A stretch of DNA of 64,000 bases. It comes from Thainema sp. Lineage in GTDB: Bacteria > Cyanobacteriota > Cyanobacteriia > Phormidesmidales > Phormidesmidaceae. This document shows, one piece after another, positions 1 through 9,118 of this stretch. The translations under genes and the position numbers were made by a program. The stretch spans positions 53,475-117,474 of the forward strand of contig JBQLZK010000015.1 of NCBI GenBank assembly GCA_052168235.1, written 5' to 3'. Numbering within the stretch: position 1 is the first letter of the stretch; every line of letters begins with the position of its first letter. The notes beneath the pieces are model-generated. The model worked only from the letters and a program-made list of their open reading frames with translations. It searched no databases and was not told where the DNA came from.

Positions 1-400
1 AGGCACTACGCAAAAGATTCCTACAGAAGTTTATCTAGCGTCGTACCTCATGGATAAAGGGTTTCGACAGGAATTTCTGCGGCTGATGGGTACTGAGAAA
101 ATCTCTCCCGGCGTCTTACAGGGACGCATCAAATCCTCTGTGCGCTTCTTTGCAGTCTCTGATCCTCGCCAGGTCGGTGAGGGGCTTTGGGAAGTGGATA
201 TTGTGGCGACGCGTATTGAGCGTGACCGAAATCAGGAGGTCGCAGAGATCCCGATGAATCGAACCATCACGATGCAGGCTATTCCGCCCGTCGAGCCGGT
301 GTTTGATGACCTAGAACCCTTGGCCTGGCGCAAGCAGATGTATGACCTACTGACCAACGGCCTAATCATTGTCAAAGTTGAACCTCTGGAGGTGGATTAG
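1..400 (+). CDS. 5'-partial conjugation-associated protein (possibly VirB8-like) in the T4SS operon
   Basis: Frame is open from position 2 to the stop at 400 and directly abuts the VirB10-like gene. Function is inferred only from context. Confidence 0.45.
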   Translation, partial: GTTQKIPTEVYLASYLMDKGFRQEFLRLMGTEKISPGVLQGRIKSSVRFFAVSDPRQVGEGLWEVDIVATRIERDRNQEVAEIPMNRTITMQAIPPVEPVFDDLEPLAWRKQMYDLLTNGLIIVKVEPLEVD

Positions 401-2137
401 ATGGAGCAACATGATCAAACCCCCAATCTGTCCTCTTTCGCAAACAAGGAGACCGAATTCACTGGCAGCCGGATCGAAACGGCTCCGGTTGAACCTGCAA
501 CGGCACAAACCGAACACCAGCAAAACGGCAGCACAGAGGATGATATTTCCTATGAGGAGCGGGCTCAGTTTGCCGGAGTAGACACCGATTATGATGATGA
601 ACTTGTCACAACAGATGAACTGATTGATGGCCCCAGCACAGCTAGGGAGAGGGGTGTGGAAAACTCACCCCTCTCCAGACTGGGATTCGTTACGAGTGCG
701 TTGGGCGTGATCGTAATTATGATTTGGATATTCTCCGGCTTCTTTACTGGAAACAGCCAACAGGCTCAAGAGCAGGATAATGAACGCCCCCTCCCGTCAG
801 AATCCGCTGCTAGCTATGGCGCTGATGACCAGATGCGGGCAGAGCTGGCCCTAGTTGAGCAGGAGCGATCGCAACCTCAGCAACGGTTAGCAGAAACACC
901 GCAACAGCCCACACCAGAAGCAGAGGAATCCTCGCCAGAGGAATCTGAGCCACCTCCTACGACACCAACACGAGTTGTGCGATCGCAACCAACACCCGCA
1001 CCAACACCTGCACCCGCTCGGCCTATTGCCTCTCCGCCCAGAGAACGAGCGGTAGCATCACCAACCCTGAGCTCGTCACGGCCATCCGAAGACACGGTCG
1101 ATCCACTGGAGCGATGGACACGACTATCGACCGCTGGAGCATCGGGCGCGGAAGTGGCTCTGGGATCGGAACCTGCAATCGACGCATCAGAAGCAAATCG
1201 GACTCAGGCAACACTAAACAGATTAGAGGCTGAACAACAATCCGCATCCTTATCACTTCCAACAGATACGATAGGCGACGCCCCAATTCCATTACCAATC
1301 GGTGGAGACACTAGAGAGAATACGCCTACCCTTCGAATGGTCAGCCAGCAGCAACAAAACCCTAATCGAGATGTGCTAATTTCCTCGTCGACACCGGGAG
1401 CACAAGGCATTATCCAGCAGCGTCCGGTCACAGCAGCGGAGGAAGATGGGACAGATACGACAGAAATAACTCGCCGTCATCAAGTGGCCATCGGTACTTC
1501 AACGACAGGAGAGGTTATCGTTCCGGTAGTTTATGCTGGCGGAGAACTGTCTGCTCAAGGGCGATTTGCGATTGAGCTATCAGAACCACTGATGGATATT
1601 AACGGCCAAGTTGCCCTTGAAGCAGGCACAGTACTGATTACTCAGCTCACGGAGATTTTAGACGCCAACATTTTACGGCAGCAGGTGGTGGCGGTTATAT
1701 ATCGAGATGCCAAGGATCAAGTCAGACAGGAAACTGTTGAGCCAGGCGTACTGATGGTTCGCGGGAAGGATAATAGGCCCCTTGTGGCCCAGGTCAAAAA
1801 TGACGATGGTAGCCGCGATTTTGGGGAGGATCTGCTAGTCGGTACGCTATCGGCACTTGGCAATATTGGGGCGGTATTGAACGCGCCTGATGCCGTTACC
1901 ACCGCCACCTCAGAAACTGGAGAGAATACGACAACCAGTACAAGCACAACTGTCACGAGTGGTCAGGATGATAATGTGGTCGCCGCTGCGTTAGACGGCT
2001 TTTTCACACCAGTGAGTGAGCGGGTGATAAACCACATTGAGGGGCAAAACCAAACGTCATCCTCTCCCTACCTATTTGTTCCAGAAGGACAAGAGGTTTC
2101 AATTTTTGCGAACGGACTGCTGGAGGTGATTCGATAA
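401..2137 (+). CDS. TrbI/VirB10-like type IV secretion protein
   Basis: Acidic N-terminus, one TM helix (LGFVTSALGVIVIMIWIFSGF), Pro/Gln-rich linker, C-terminal domain with AIGT..GEV and LFVPEGQEVSIF. Lies upstream of a coupling protein. Confidence 0.65.
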   Translation: MEQHDQTPNLSSFANKETEFTGSRIETAPVEPATAQTEHQQNGSTEDDISYEERAQFAGVDTDYDDELVTTDELIDGPSTARERGVENSPLSRLGFVTSALGVIVIMIWIFSGFFTGNSQQAQEQDNERPLPSESAASYGADDQMRAELALVEQERSQPQQRLAETPQQPTPEAEESSPEESEPPPTTPTRVVRSQPTPAPTPAPARPIASPPRERAVASPTLSSSRPSEDTVDPLERWTRLSTAGASGAEVALGSEPAIDASEANRTQATLNRLEAEQQSASLSLPTDTIGDAPIPLPIGGDTRENTPTLRMVSQQQQNPNRDVLISSSTPGAQGIIQQRPVTAAEEDGTDTTEITRRHQVAIGTSTTGEVIVPVVYAGGELSAQGRFAIELSEPLMDINGQVALEAGTVLITQLTEILDANILRQQVVAVIYRDAKDQVRQETVEPGVLMVRGKDNRPLVAQVKNDDGSRDFGEDLLVGTLSALGNIGAVLNAPDAVTTATSETGENTTTSTSTTVTSGQDDNVVAAALDGFFTPVSERVINHIEGQNQTSSSPYLFVPEGQEVSIFANGLLEVIR

Positions 2138-2985
2138 TGCGTGCCTTTCAATTCATTCCCTGGCTGCTCCTAAGCGGCATCGTTTTGACAGCGACTGGTA
2201 GCAAAGCTCAAGCTCAGCAATTGGGTTCTCTACCGGATATCCCCATACCCAATCCGAGCGAAGCCATCCCAGCCACCAGCGTCGTGTCGCAAGAACAAGC
2301 CAGGAATTACGCCTCGCCAGTGATGCTCTATCCCGGTCGCAACAGTGTGATTGACTTCTCTAGCACGGGCGAAGTGATCACTTACATACAGCTCAGCGAC
2401 CTATCTCGGATTGTCTATGATACCAATGCTCCGATCGATAGTGGAGCTGCTCGCACAATCATTCTGCGCCCAATTCAGGCTCTCCACATCGACGGAACGT
2501 ATACTGCGGCCATTCCCAATCTAGTCGTAACGACTGTGGATGCAGCGGGCAAGACCTACACGTATCTGTTTGACCTCTACCGAAGCCCAGATCGCTTTCC
2601 TGAGCAAAATGAATCGAGCGGCATTGCGATCGCACCATCTGTAGAGATTAGAGAGATACAAGTCCTCAATGCAGAAACTATTCAACCCAACGTATTTAGC
2701 ACTGAGGCAGGTGAAGCCACCCTAGAGGATATTGAGCAGGGATTGACCGTTGCTATTGCAGAGAACTATACGCCATCCGATGATCCGATTGTCTTTGCAG
2801 TGCGGCAGGCCATTGCGATGGCCCGCAATGGCCTGCCACTGAGAACCGCAGCTCATCAGCTCCAGATCAATATGGCGGTTCTGTCATCTTTAGGAGAACT
2901 CGGTATTGAGGCCAATATTGAGGACGCGGCTGACGAGGTGCCAGAGTCTCAACCCTTAAATAGCAGGTGGAAGTCGAGGATCTAA
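2137..2985 (+). CDS. Secreted conjugation-associated protein (VirB9-like by position)
   Basis: Signal peptide (MRAFQFIPWLLLSG..AQA). Translationally coupled (TAATG) between the VirB10-like and VirD4-like genes. Confidence 0.5.
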   Translation: MRAFQFIPWLLLSGIVLTATGSKAQAQQLGSLPDIPIPNPSEAIPATSVVSQEQARNYASPVMLYPGRNSVIDFSSTGEVITYIQLSDLSRIVYDTNAPIDSGAARTIILRPIQALHIDGTYTAAIPNLVVTTVDAAGKTYTYLFDLYRSPDRFPEQNESSGIAIAPSVEIREIQVLNAETIQPNVFSTEAGEATLEDIEQGLTVAIAENYTPSDDPIVFAVRQAIAMARNGLPLRTAAHQLQINMAVLSSLGELGIEANIEDAADEVPESQPLNSRWKSRI

Positions 2986-2986
2986 T

Positions 2987-4789
2987 TTGATGCTATTGGC
3001 CAATGCATTTACCGAGCCCTTGATCGAAGCGTGGCAGGTGATTACCGATATCCTCTGGTCGCCTCGGGGACTGCTGATGATGGGGCTGGTGATTGGGGTT
3101 TATATTCTGACTGCGCTGACTCCTCGTAAGACTCACCTCACGTCTGGACGGTTTGCGGGACGAGGAGACAAATTGAAAGCGAGCAACACAGCCTACCGAC
3201 AGCTCAAAAATGATGATGTGGATGACGTCGTGCTCTGGTGTGGATCACCGCCCAACTGGTTACACAATGGCTGGATGGCAGGGCTAGCAACAACCATCAC
3301 TGGACAACCACCCACGGTCTATGTTCCAGAGGCAAATCGCAGTTCAGTGGTCATTGGCAAGGCCGGATCAGGCAAGACGTTTTCAGTGATTGATCCAATG
3401 GTTGCTTCGGCGGTGGAGCAAGGCCATCCCATTCTGCTCTACGACTACAAAGCGGATGAATATGGCAAAGGAGGACAGCTCAGCTATCTGGCCACTTTGG
3501 CCGCTCGGTATCAGTACAATGTCCAGGTCTTTGCACCGGGAAGGCCCTATAGCTGCATCATCAATCCTTTGGATTTCGTAAAAGATGCCAACGACAGCAC
3601 AACCGCTGGGGTACTAGCCGAGGTATTTCACCGCAATCTGACTCGTGGGGGCGGTAAAGCGGATGCGTTCTTTGGACCTGCGGGGCAGCGCCTGATTCAA
3701 GCCTTGCTTCAGTTTGCTAAGTCTACTCAGTATCCCGATTTGGCGATGGCGTTCTGCGTCGTGCAGTTGCCCAACTTAGTCAAGCGACTATCCTATGCAG
3801 CCAAAGAGGAACGGCTACCTTACTTTGTTCAGGTCAACTTTGCCCAGTTTATGAGCACGGGAGCCAGCGAAAAAACCGCTTCGGGTATTCTCGCTACCGC
3901 CAGCGATGTCCTGACCCGATTTATGTCACCCGATCTCTTGCGATCGCTGCTGGGCAGTACCAACGTTTCAGCCATCCTCGAACGTCGGGAAATCTTGGTC
4001 TTCCAGTCTGACATTTTCCGGCAAGATGTGATTAATCCGCTGTTAGCTGCCATCATCAATGTGGTCGTGAATCTCAATTGTTCTATACAGCGCCAGGCTC
4101 CGTTGATTTTCAGTGCGGATGAGTTTCCGACTATCTACATGCCTCAAGCTCCAAGCTGGCCCAATCAACATCGCTCTAAGGGCTTCACGGGCATCTTTGG
4201 CTTCCAGTCCTTTCCGCAGATTATTGAAACCTATGGGCAAGAGCAAGCCAAGGCACTCTTATCAGCCTGTAGTACCCGCTTCTGGTTTAATCCAGGGGAT
4301 GTCCAAACTGCCCAGCGATACAGCGATGAGATGGGGGAAACAGAAGTCACCTACCGAACCCGCTCCTATAGTCGCAGTCGAGGAGATGATTGGGGACGCA
4401 ATCGCTCTGTATCGGAGCAGATCCGCACCAAGAAGCTCATCACGCCAGATGAGGTCATGCGATTTGGAGTCGGGGAATGCCTCTACATCAATCCGGCTTA
4501 CAACCAGTGGCCAATCCACTACGACCGGATTCCGATTCCTAAAACCGACATCCAGCTCAAGAAAGAGTGCGAAGGGCTGTGGGAGACCATCCGCGATCGC
4601 ATGATTCGACGAGAGCAGAACCGCAGACCTAATCTCAATATGGAGGAACAAATTCGTATCCGGCTTCAGGAGGCAGATCGGTTACTGCCCATGCCGCCAG
4701 AGGACGAAGAGGTTGATAGCTACAGCACAGGACAACCAACGCAACCAACAACTGGCGTCATCAATCTGCCCGATGGGCAAGAGTTCTAG
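2987..4789 (+). CDS. virD4: Type IV secretion coupling protein (VirD4/TraG/TraD family)
   Basis: N-terminal TM, Walker A GKAGSGKT, Walker B-like FSADEFPT, FQSFPQI..YG motif, and a C-terminal LITPDEVMRF..GEC segment typical of coupling proteins. Confidence 0.85.
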   Translation: MMLLANAFTEPLIEAWQVITDILWSPRGLLMMGLVIGVYILTALTPRKTHLTSGRFAGRGDKLKASNTAYRQLKNDDVDDVVLWCGSPPNWLHNGWMAGLATTITGQPPTVYVPEANRSSVVIGKAGSGKTFSVIDPMVASAVEQGHPILLYDYKADEYGKGGQLSYLATLAARYQYNVQVFAPGRPYSCIINPLDFVKDANDSTTAGVLAEVFHRNLTRGGGKADAFFGPAGQRLIQALLQFAKSTQYPDLAMAFCVVQLPNLVKRLSYAAKEERLPYFVQVNFAQFMSTGASEKTASGILATASDVLTRFMSPDLLRSLLGSTNVSAILERREILVFQSDIFRQDVINPLLAAIINVVVNLNCSIQRQAPLIFSADEFPTIYMPQAPSWPNQHRSKGFTGIFGFQSFPQIIETYGQEQAKALLSACSTRFWFNPGDVQTAQRYSDEMGETEVTYRTRSYSRSRGDDWGRNRSVSEQIRTKKLITPDEVMRFGVGECLYINPAYNQWPIHYDRIPIPKTDIQLKKECEGLWETIRDRMIRREQNRRPNLNMEEQIRIRLQEADRLLPMPPEDEEVDSYSTGQPTQPTTGVINLPDGQEF

Positions 4790-4793
4790 CTAG

Positions 4794-5882
4794 CTAGTCC
4801 TGTTCCTGCAGAGCCTCAATGAGTTCATTCGCTAATGCCTGCAAGCGTTGAAACTTCTTCTTCAGCTTTGAATCTGCTTGAATACGATTCCATGCAGTCT
4901 TACTATAAAGCTGTTGAGCAGAGCGACGAAACTCCTGTGGGGGATCTATATCAGCGCCACAACTATCATCAAAGTTAGCCTGCTTTAGCTCTTTAACACG
5001 CTCTAGTAGCGCACGTTTAGCCAGACCCGCCTCGGCTTCTCGCAGCAAGTCAGCCTGAACGTCTGATGGCAAATTAGAGCGGCGAATCACATCTGCTTTA
5101 GAAAAAGCGACTCGCCCTTCTCGAACCGCATCTAACAACTGCTCAGGCATCTTTTGCACAGCAATCAGTCGATTGGTCACGAAACTTTCCAGTGTTAGAC
5201 CAAATTGGGTAAAGATTCGATCCAGTTGTGAGAGCACATCTAAGGTTATTATTCCGGAATAATAGTCACTCATTTCCTCGACAACTTGTTCATCATCCAG
5301 ACGACGAGCGCGGCGCAGATTTTTAATGCGAATCAGAGCCTGAGACAGGCTTTCGGTGTCTAGCTTAAACTTAAGGCCGATTAGCGCAATGATACTATCT
5401 GTCTCTTCAACAAGATTTAGGTTCTCGCGAATCAGGTTAGAGATCAGCGCAATTTCAAGTGCCTGTTCATCATTGAGGTCACTTTCAATCGCGGGTAATG
5501 TCTCTAACTTCAGGCTTTTACCACATCGCCAGCGGCTTTCACCCGAGACGATTTCAAGCTTACCGTCCGCTCCACGTCGCACCAGCAACGGTTCTCTGAC
5601 ACCCACTTTGGCAATAGATCGTTGTAGCTTTTCAAGTGCAGCCGGATCAAAATATTTACGCGGCTGAGTTAACCCATCGCCCAGTCGGAGGGGAACAAAA
5701 TCCTGAATGGGATAATGTGGAACTCCGCCTGCAGAGGAAGGAGCGTTTTGCAGATCTTCAAGCTGCTGTCGAAGCTGAGCGATCTCTTCATCACGCTGCT
5801 GAAGCTGCCCCATCTGGGCAACCCCGACCTGTTGAAACTTTTGCAAAATTGGCTGCTGAGTTGCCTGACGTTTTTGTGCCAT
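4794..5882 (-). CDS. parB: ParB/Spo0J family partition protein
   Basis: QPRKYFD, GVREPLLVR, IVSGESRWR (GxxR box) and ISNLIRENLN motifs. Lies directly downstream of parA. Confidence 0.9.
   Translation of the reverse strand: MAQKRQATQQPILQKFQQVGVAQMGQLQQRDEEIAQLRQQLEDLQNAPSSAGGVPHYPIQDFVPLRLGDGLTQPRKYFDPAALEKLQRSIAKVGVREPLLVRRGADGKLEIVSGESRWRCGKSLKLETLPAIESDLNDEQALEIALISNLIRENLNLVEETDSIIALIGLKFKLDTESLSQALIRIKNLRRARRLDDEQVVEEMSDYYSGIITLDVLSQLDRIFTQFGLTLESFVTNRLIAVQKMPEQLLDAVREGRVAFSKADVIRRSNLPSDVQADLLREAEAGLAKRALLERVKELKQANFDDSCGADIDPPQEFRRSAQQLYSKTAWNRIQADSKLKKKFQRLQALANELIEALQEQD
5246..5265. promoter_or_regulatory. Candidate parS palindrome (copy inside parB) TTATTATTCCGGAATAATAG
   Basis: Contains the perfect 18-bp palindrome TATTATTCCGGAATAATA. 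The identical 20-mer is at 6743-6762. Confidence 0.55.
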
Positions 5883-5899
5883 TGTCTTACCTATACGCT

Positions 5900-6721
5900 C
5901 TACCGCACAGCCATGAGGGCTTGGGCAATTTCTTTGAAGTTCTGATTTGCTTTATGGCTGGGTCGATGGGCCCGCAGGGGCAGCCCAGCAGCAGCGGCAT
6001 TGCTCACTTCAGCAGAATCCTTGATGTAGTTAAAGCAATGCACTCCAATCTGGCTTAACAAAGCCGGTAAGGTAGGAAAGCCATCCTCAGTAGGCTTCTC
6101 AGTCAAACCTAAATTATCTCGATGTAACGCTCGATCCTGGACTCGATTCGGGACAACACCCAGAATTCTGGGAGCCGGACGAAGCCTAAGTTTATCGGAC
6201 TTTTCCATCACCCAAGCTAGCAATGTTGCCGCGCTCATCATGTCTTTGGAGTCGGGTTGAATGGGAATGACAACGAAGTTGGCAGCCGTAAGTGCCATTT
6301 TATGGGCTAGATCGATCGTTCCAGGACAGTCAAAGATCAGATAATCATGGGGAAGGGGATAATCTTCCAACCGATCCTTCAAGATTTCCGTTTTTCGATC
6401 AGCCGTCGAAAGCCGTTCAATCAGCTCACTCAAGGATTCATCTCCCAGCAGAACTTGCATCCTATCTTTTTGCCAGCAGTTATAGAGAGGCCAATTTCCG
6501 TTAAAGTCATCTTCGAGAATGCAGTCAATTTTTTCATCTGGGCCTGGATTCTCGCCCCCCAAACCAACAAATGCCTTCAGTGATGCGTTGGGGTCAAGTC
6601 CGAATAGGCAGACCGAGAAACCTGCCAAAAAAAGTTCGTAGCCAACATTGACCGCAAGAGTGGTTTTACCTGACCCTCCAGCGTTACTCATCAAAGCGAC
6701 TCGGATCTGATTTTCATTCAT
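5900..6721 (-). CDS. parA: ParA family ATPase
   Basis: Deviant Walker A NAGGSGKTT, LDPNAS and DYLIFDCPG motifs. Confidence 0.92.
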   Translation of the reverse strand: MNENQIRVALMSNAGGSGKTTLAVNVGYELFLAGFSVCLFGLDPNASLKAFVGLGGENPGPDEKIDCILEDDFNGNWPLYNCWQKDRMQVLLGDESLSELIERLSTADRKTEILKDRLEDYPLPHDYLIFDCPGTIDLAHKMALTAANFVVIPIQPDSKDMMSAATLLAWVMEKSDKLRLRPAPRILGVVPNRVQDRALHRDNLGLTEKPTEDGFPTLPALLSQIGVHCFNYIKDSAEVSNAAAAGLPLRAHRPSHKANQNFKEIAQALMAVR

Positions 6722-6742
6722 ATTTTTGTCGTCGAGACTCGC

Positions 6743-6762
6743 TTATTATTCCGGAATAATAG
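6743..6762. promoter_or_regulatory. Candidate parS/operator palindrome upstream of parA
   Basis: Same 20-mer as 5246-5265, about 20 bp upstream of the parA start. Confidence 0.6.
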
Positions 6763-6872
6763 GTACGCTCATCCAAATAGATGTCCCAATAGTACGGCAA
6801 AACATCGAAATTGGAACAGCAGCTTAGCGCCCTTATCAACCATACGGATAAATTGATTGGAGCTGAACAGGC

Positions 6873-7955
6873 TCAATCAATGGTCTCAGTCGTATTAGTA
6901 GAAATCTGAGCTTCAATCTCTTGAATGGCGGTCTCCAATTCCACTTCCAACTGTTCTGCTGAAGGAAGCCGATCTCGCAATGTGGGTGGCAGTTCTTCCC
7001 GTAGTTTATAGGTCGAAACACCGATAGGATTTTGGACCGTTTCCAGCGCAAATTCTACCACTGTTCGCTTTTTGGAGCGACAGAGAACAATTCCAATCGT
7101 GGGATCATCGCGTTCGTCTCGCAGTAATCGGTTCACTGCAGTGACATAGAAGTTCATCTTGCCAGCATATTCCGGTTTAAATTCTGTCATCTTCAGGTCA
7201 ATCACGACATAGCAGTGCAGCTTCAGATGATAGAGCAACAAGTCAATGAAATACTCGTCGCCCTCCACATCAAGACGATACTGGCTACCGACAAATGCAA
7301 ACCCAACACCCAGCTCTAGCAAGAAATCACGTATCCGCTCAACTAAAGCACGCTCCAAGTCCCGTTCTTGAGCGGCTGCATCCAAAGTTAAGAACGAAAA
7401 ATTGTAGGGGTCTCTTAGGATCTGGCGGCTGAGGTCGGAGCGCTCAGGTGGCAAAGTTCGCTCAAAATTGGTAATGGCTTCGCCTTGGCGCTCATACAGT
7501 CCCGTCTCGATCTGCATCTCCAAAATATTGCGGCTCCAGCCATTTTGGAGCGTTTGCTGAACATACCACAATCGCGCCTGCGGGTCTTTGACCTGATCGA
7601 GCAGACGAACATTGTGCCCCCAGGGAATTTGTGCAACAAGCTGTTGCACAATTTGTTCGTCCGGATACGCTTCAGCAAATGCCCGCATATATTTCAGGTT
7701 GCGAGGGGAAAACCCTTTCATATCGGGAAACTCTCGCTTCAGATCCTTAGCCAGACGGTCAATGACTTTGCTTCCCCAACTCTGTTGTTGCTGCCGTTGG
7801 AGGATATCCTGACCAATGTGCCAGTAGAGCAACACAAGCTCGCGATTGACAGCCAGCGCGGCTTTGATCTGCGCCTGACGGATGCGCGTCTTCAGGTCAC
7901 TCAAAAAGGCAGCGTAATTTTCTTCTTCAGGAAACAGAGAGGGAGAGGTTGGCAT
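6873..7955 (-). CDS. DUF1016 / YhcG family PD-(D/E)XK nuclease domain protein
   Basis: AVNRELVLLYWHIG, GFSPRNLKYMRAFA, FLLELGVGFAFVGSQ, YFIDLLLYH and GKMNFY motifs. Confidence 0.92.
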   Translation of the reverse strand: MPTSPSLFPEEENYAAFLSDLKTRIRQAQIKAALAVNRELVLLYWHIGQDILQRQQQQSWGSKVIDRLAKDLKREFPDMKGFSPRNLKYMRAFAEAYPDEQIVQQLVAQIPWGHNVRLLDQVKDPQARLWYVQQTLQNGWSRNILEMQIETGLYERQGEAITNFERTLPPERSDLSRQILRDPYNFSFLTLDAAAQERDLERALVERIRDFLLELGVGFAFVGSQYRLDVEGDEYFIDLLLYHLKLHCYVVIDLKMTEFKPEYAGKMNFYVTAVNRLLRDERDDPTIGIVLCRSKKRTVVEFALETVQNPIGVSTYKLREELPPTLRDRLPSAEQLEVELETAIQEIEAQISTNTTETID

Positions 7956-8100
7956 ACAGCAACAGTGTTGTTCGTCAGTCTAATTAGATGATGGAGTTAG
8001 GAGCAATTACGTTTGCGCAAGTGTGTGCTCCATGTGATTCAGTAGTGTGCTCTCACTCCCAGCAAGACACTAAACTCATCACTAGCACAAGAGCGCCACC

Positions 8101-8323
8101 CTGCAACTTACGCATCGAGGCCAAGTTTACTACAACGCATCCAAATCTTGTCCACCATTATCGCTAGCAAAAACTTCTTAGTACCTATCGCGGTGTTCCT
8201 ACTACAACAACAAAGCACTATTAGTTTCAAATTCAGCCGCTGAAGACTCCCAACTGGCGCACCATGCGATTTTGCGGCAAACGATATATCGCTCAGCCAT
8301 CTTCCCTGTTCAGCATGGCTTAA
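8101..8323 (+). pseudogene. Degraded DUF4278-like small protein gene (paralog of 61028)
   Basis: Hand translation gives LQLTHRGQVY...TYRGVPTTTTKHY*FQIQPLKTPNWRTMRFCGKRY, matching MQLTYRGHAY...TYRGISTTTTQYRFK..ESPNWHTMRFMGKHY at 61028. It has a CTG start, frameshifts and an internal TAG. Confidence 0.7.
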
Positions 8324-8490
8324 TTTCCAACCTTATGAGAACCTGAAAGCCGCGGTGAGGTAGCGGAGTATCTACAGCGCTTTCAGCAGGTTCCCGACTG
8401 CTTGCCGTCTTCGATCCTCGTTGATGTATGGATCAAGACGAATGATTAATTTGGATATGTATAACAGAACCCGATCATTGGCAGTAGTCA

Positions 8491-8544
8491 ATGCTAGTTG
8501 ATGCTAGTTGATGCTAGTTGATAATTACACTAAACATTACACTA
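8491..8544. repeat. Direct repeats (ATGCTAGTTG)x3 and ATTACACTA x2
   Basis: Exact 10-bp tandem triplet at 8491-8520, then ATTACACTA at 8524 and 8536, in an AT-rich intergenic region. Confidence 0.85.
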
Positions 8545-8661
8545 CGTTTTCAAGCAACAGATTTCAGTGCCATTAACCCAGATATATCAACCATGCTGAT
8601 TCCACGTGGTGGGCACTTTTTATTGTTGAGTGCTACAAAGAGCCAGGTTCGTGTTTGCGTA

Positions 8662-8709
8662 CTTATTCGTGTTAGTTTAATAAATTGCCATAAAGAGGAC
8701 ACGAATGAA
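8662..8709. repeat. 48-bp palindromic site, copy A (degenerate)
   Basis: CTTATTCGTGTTAGTTTAA-taaattgcca-TAAAGAGGACACGAATGAA, with the same arm spacing as the sites at 11436 and 58062. Confidence 0.7.
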
Positions 8710-9118
8710 TGCGCAACAGTTGGGCATCCCCCCTCTTAGAATGGCCCACCTCTGCGATCGCATTACATGCTCAAGGTGAGATGAGCCATCTGCCTCCCTT
8801 AGGAATCGTAAACTTTGGTATCCGCCCTGCGGAATCCCCAACATCAACGGGGTAGTCTATTAGCAAGGAGCTAAAAAACTCCTCGTTCAAGGAACAATTC
8901 AATTGCTCAGTAAAAGGAGGTCAGTATCGATTTCCGATTGAATCTGTTTCACATCCAACTAACGGCATCCAACTCGGTTGTTGATATTTCCTAAACTTAA
9001 CGATAGAGAGTTTTGCTGCGCATTTGCAGCACTCTAGCTAGTCTCAACTCATGTAGGAAATCACTCAGCGTTGCCAGTCTGGATGCCGTTATTGTCATTT
9101 TTTTAGCATCAAAAATTA

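Noticed and set aside
8491..8544. Short direct repeats as a CRISPR array
   Set aside because: Tandem 10-mers with no spacers. No 25-45-bp repeat-spacer pattern or cas gene was seen in the window.
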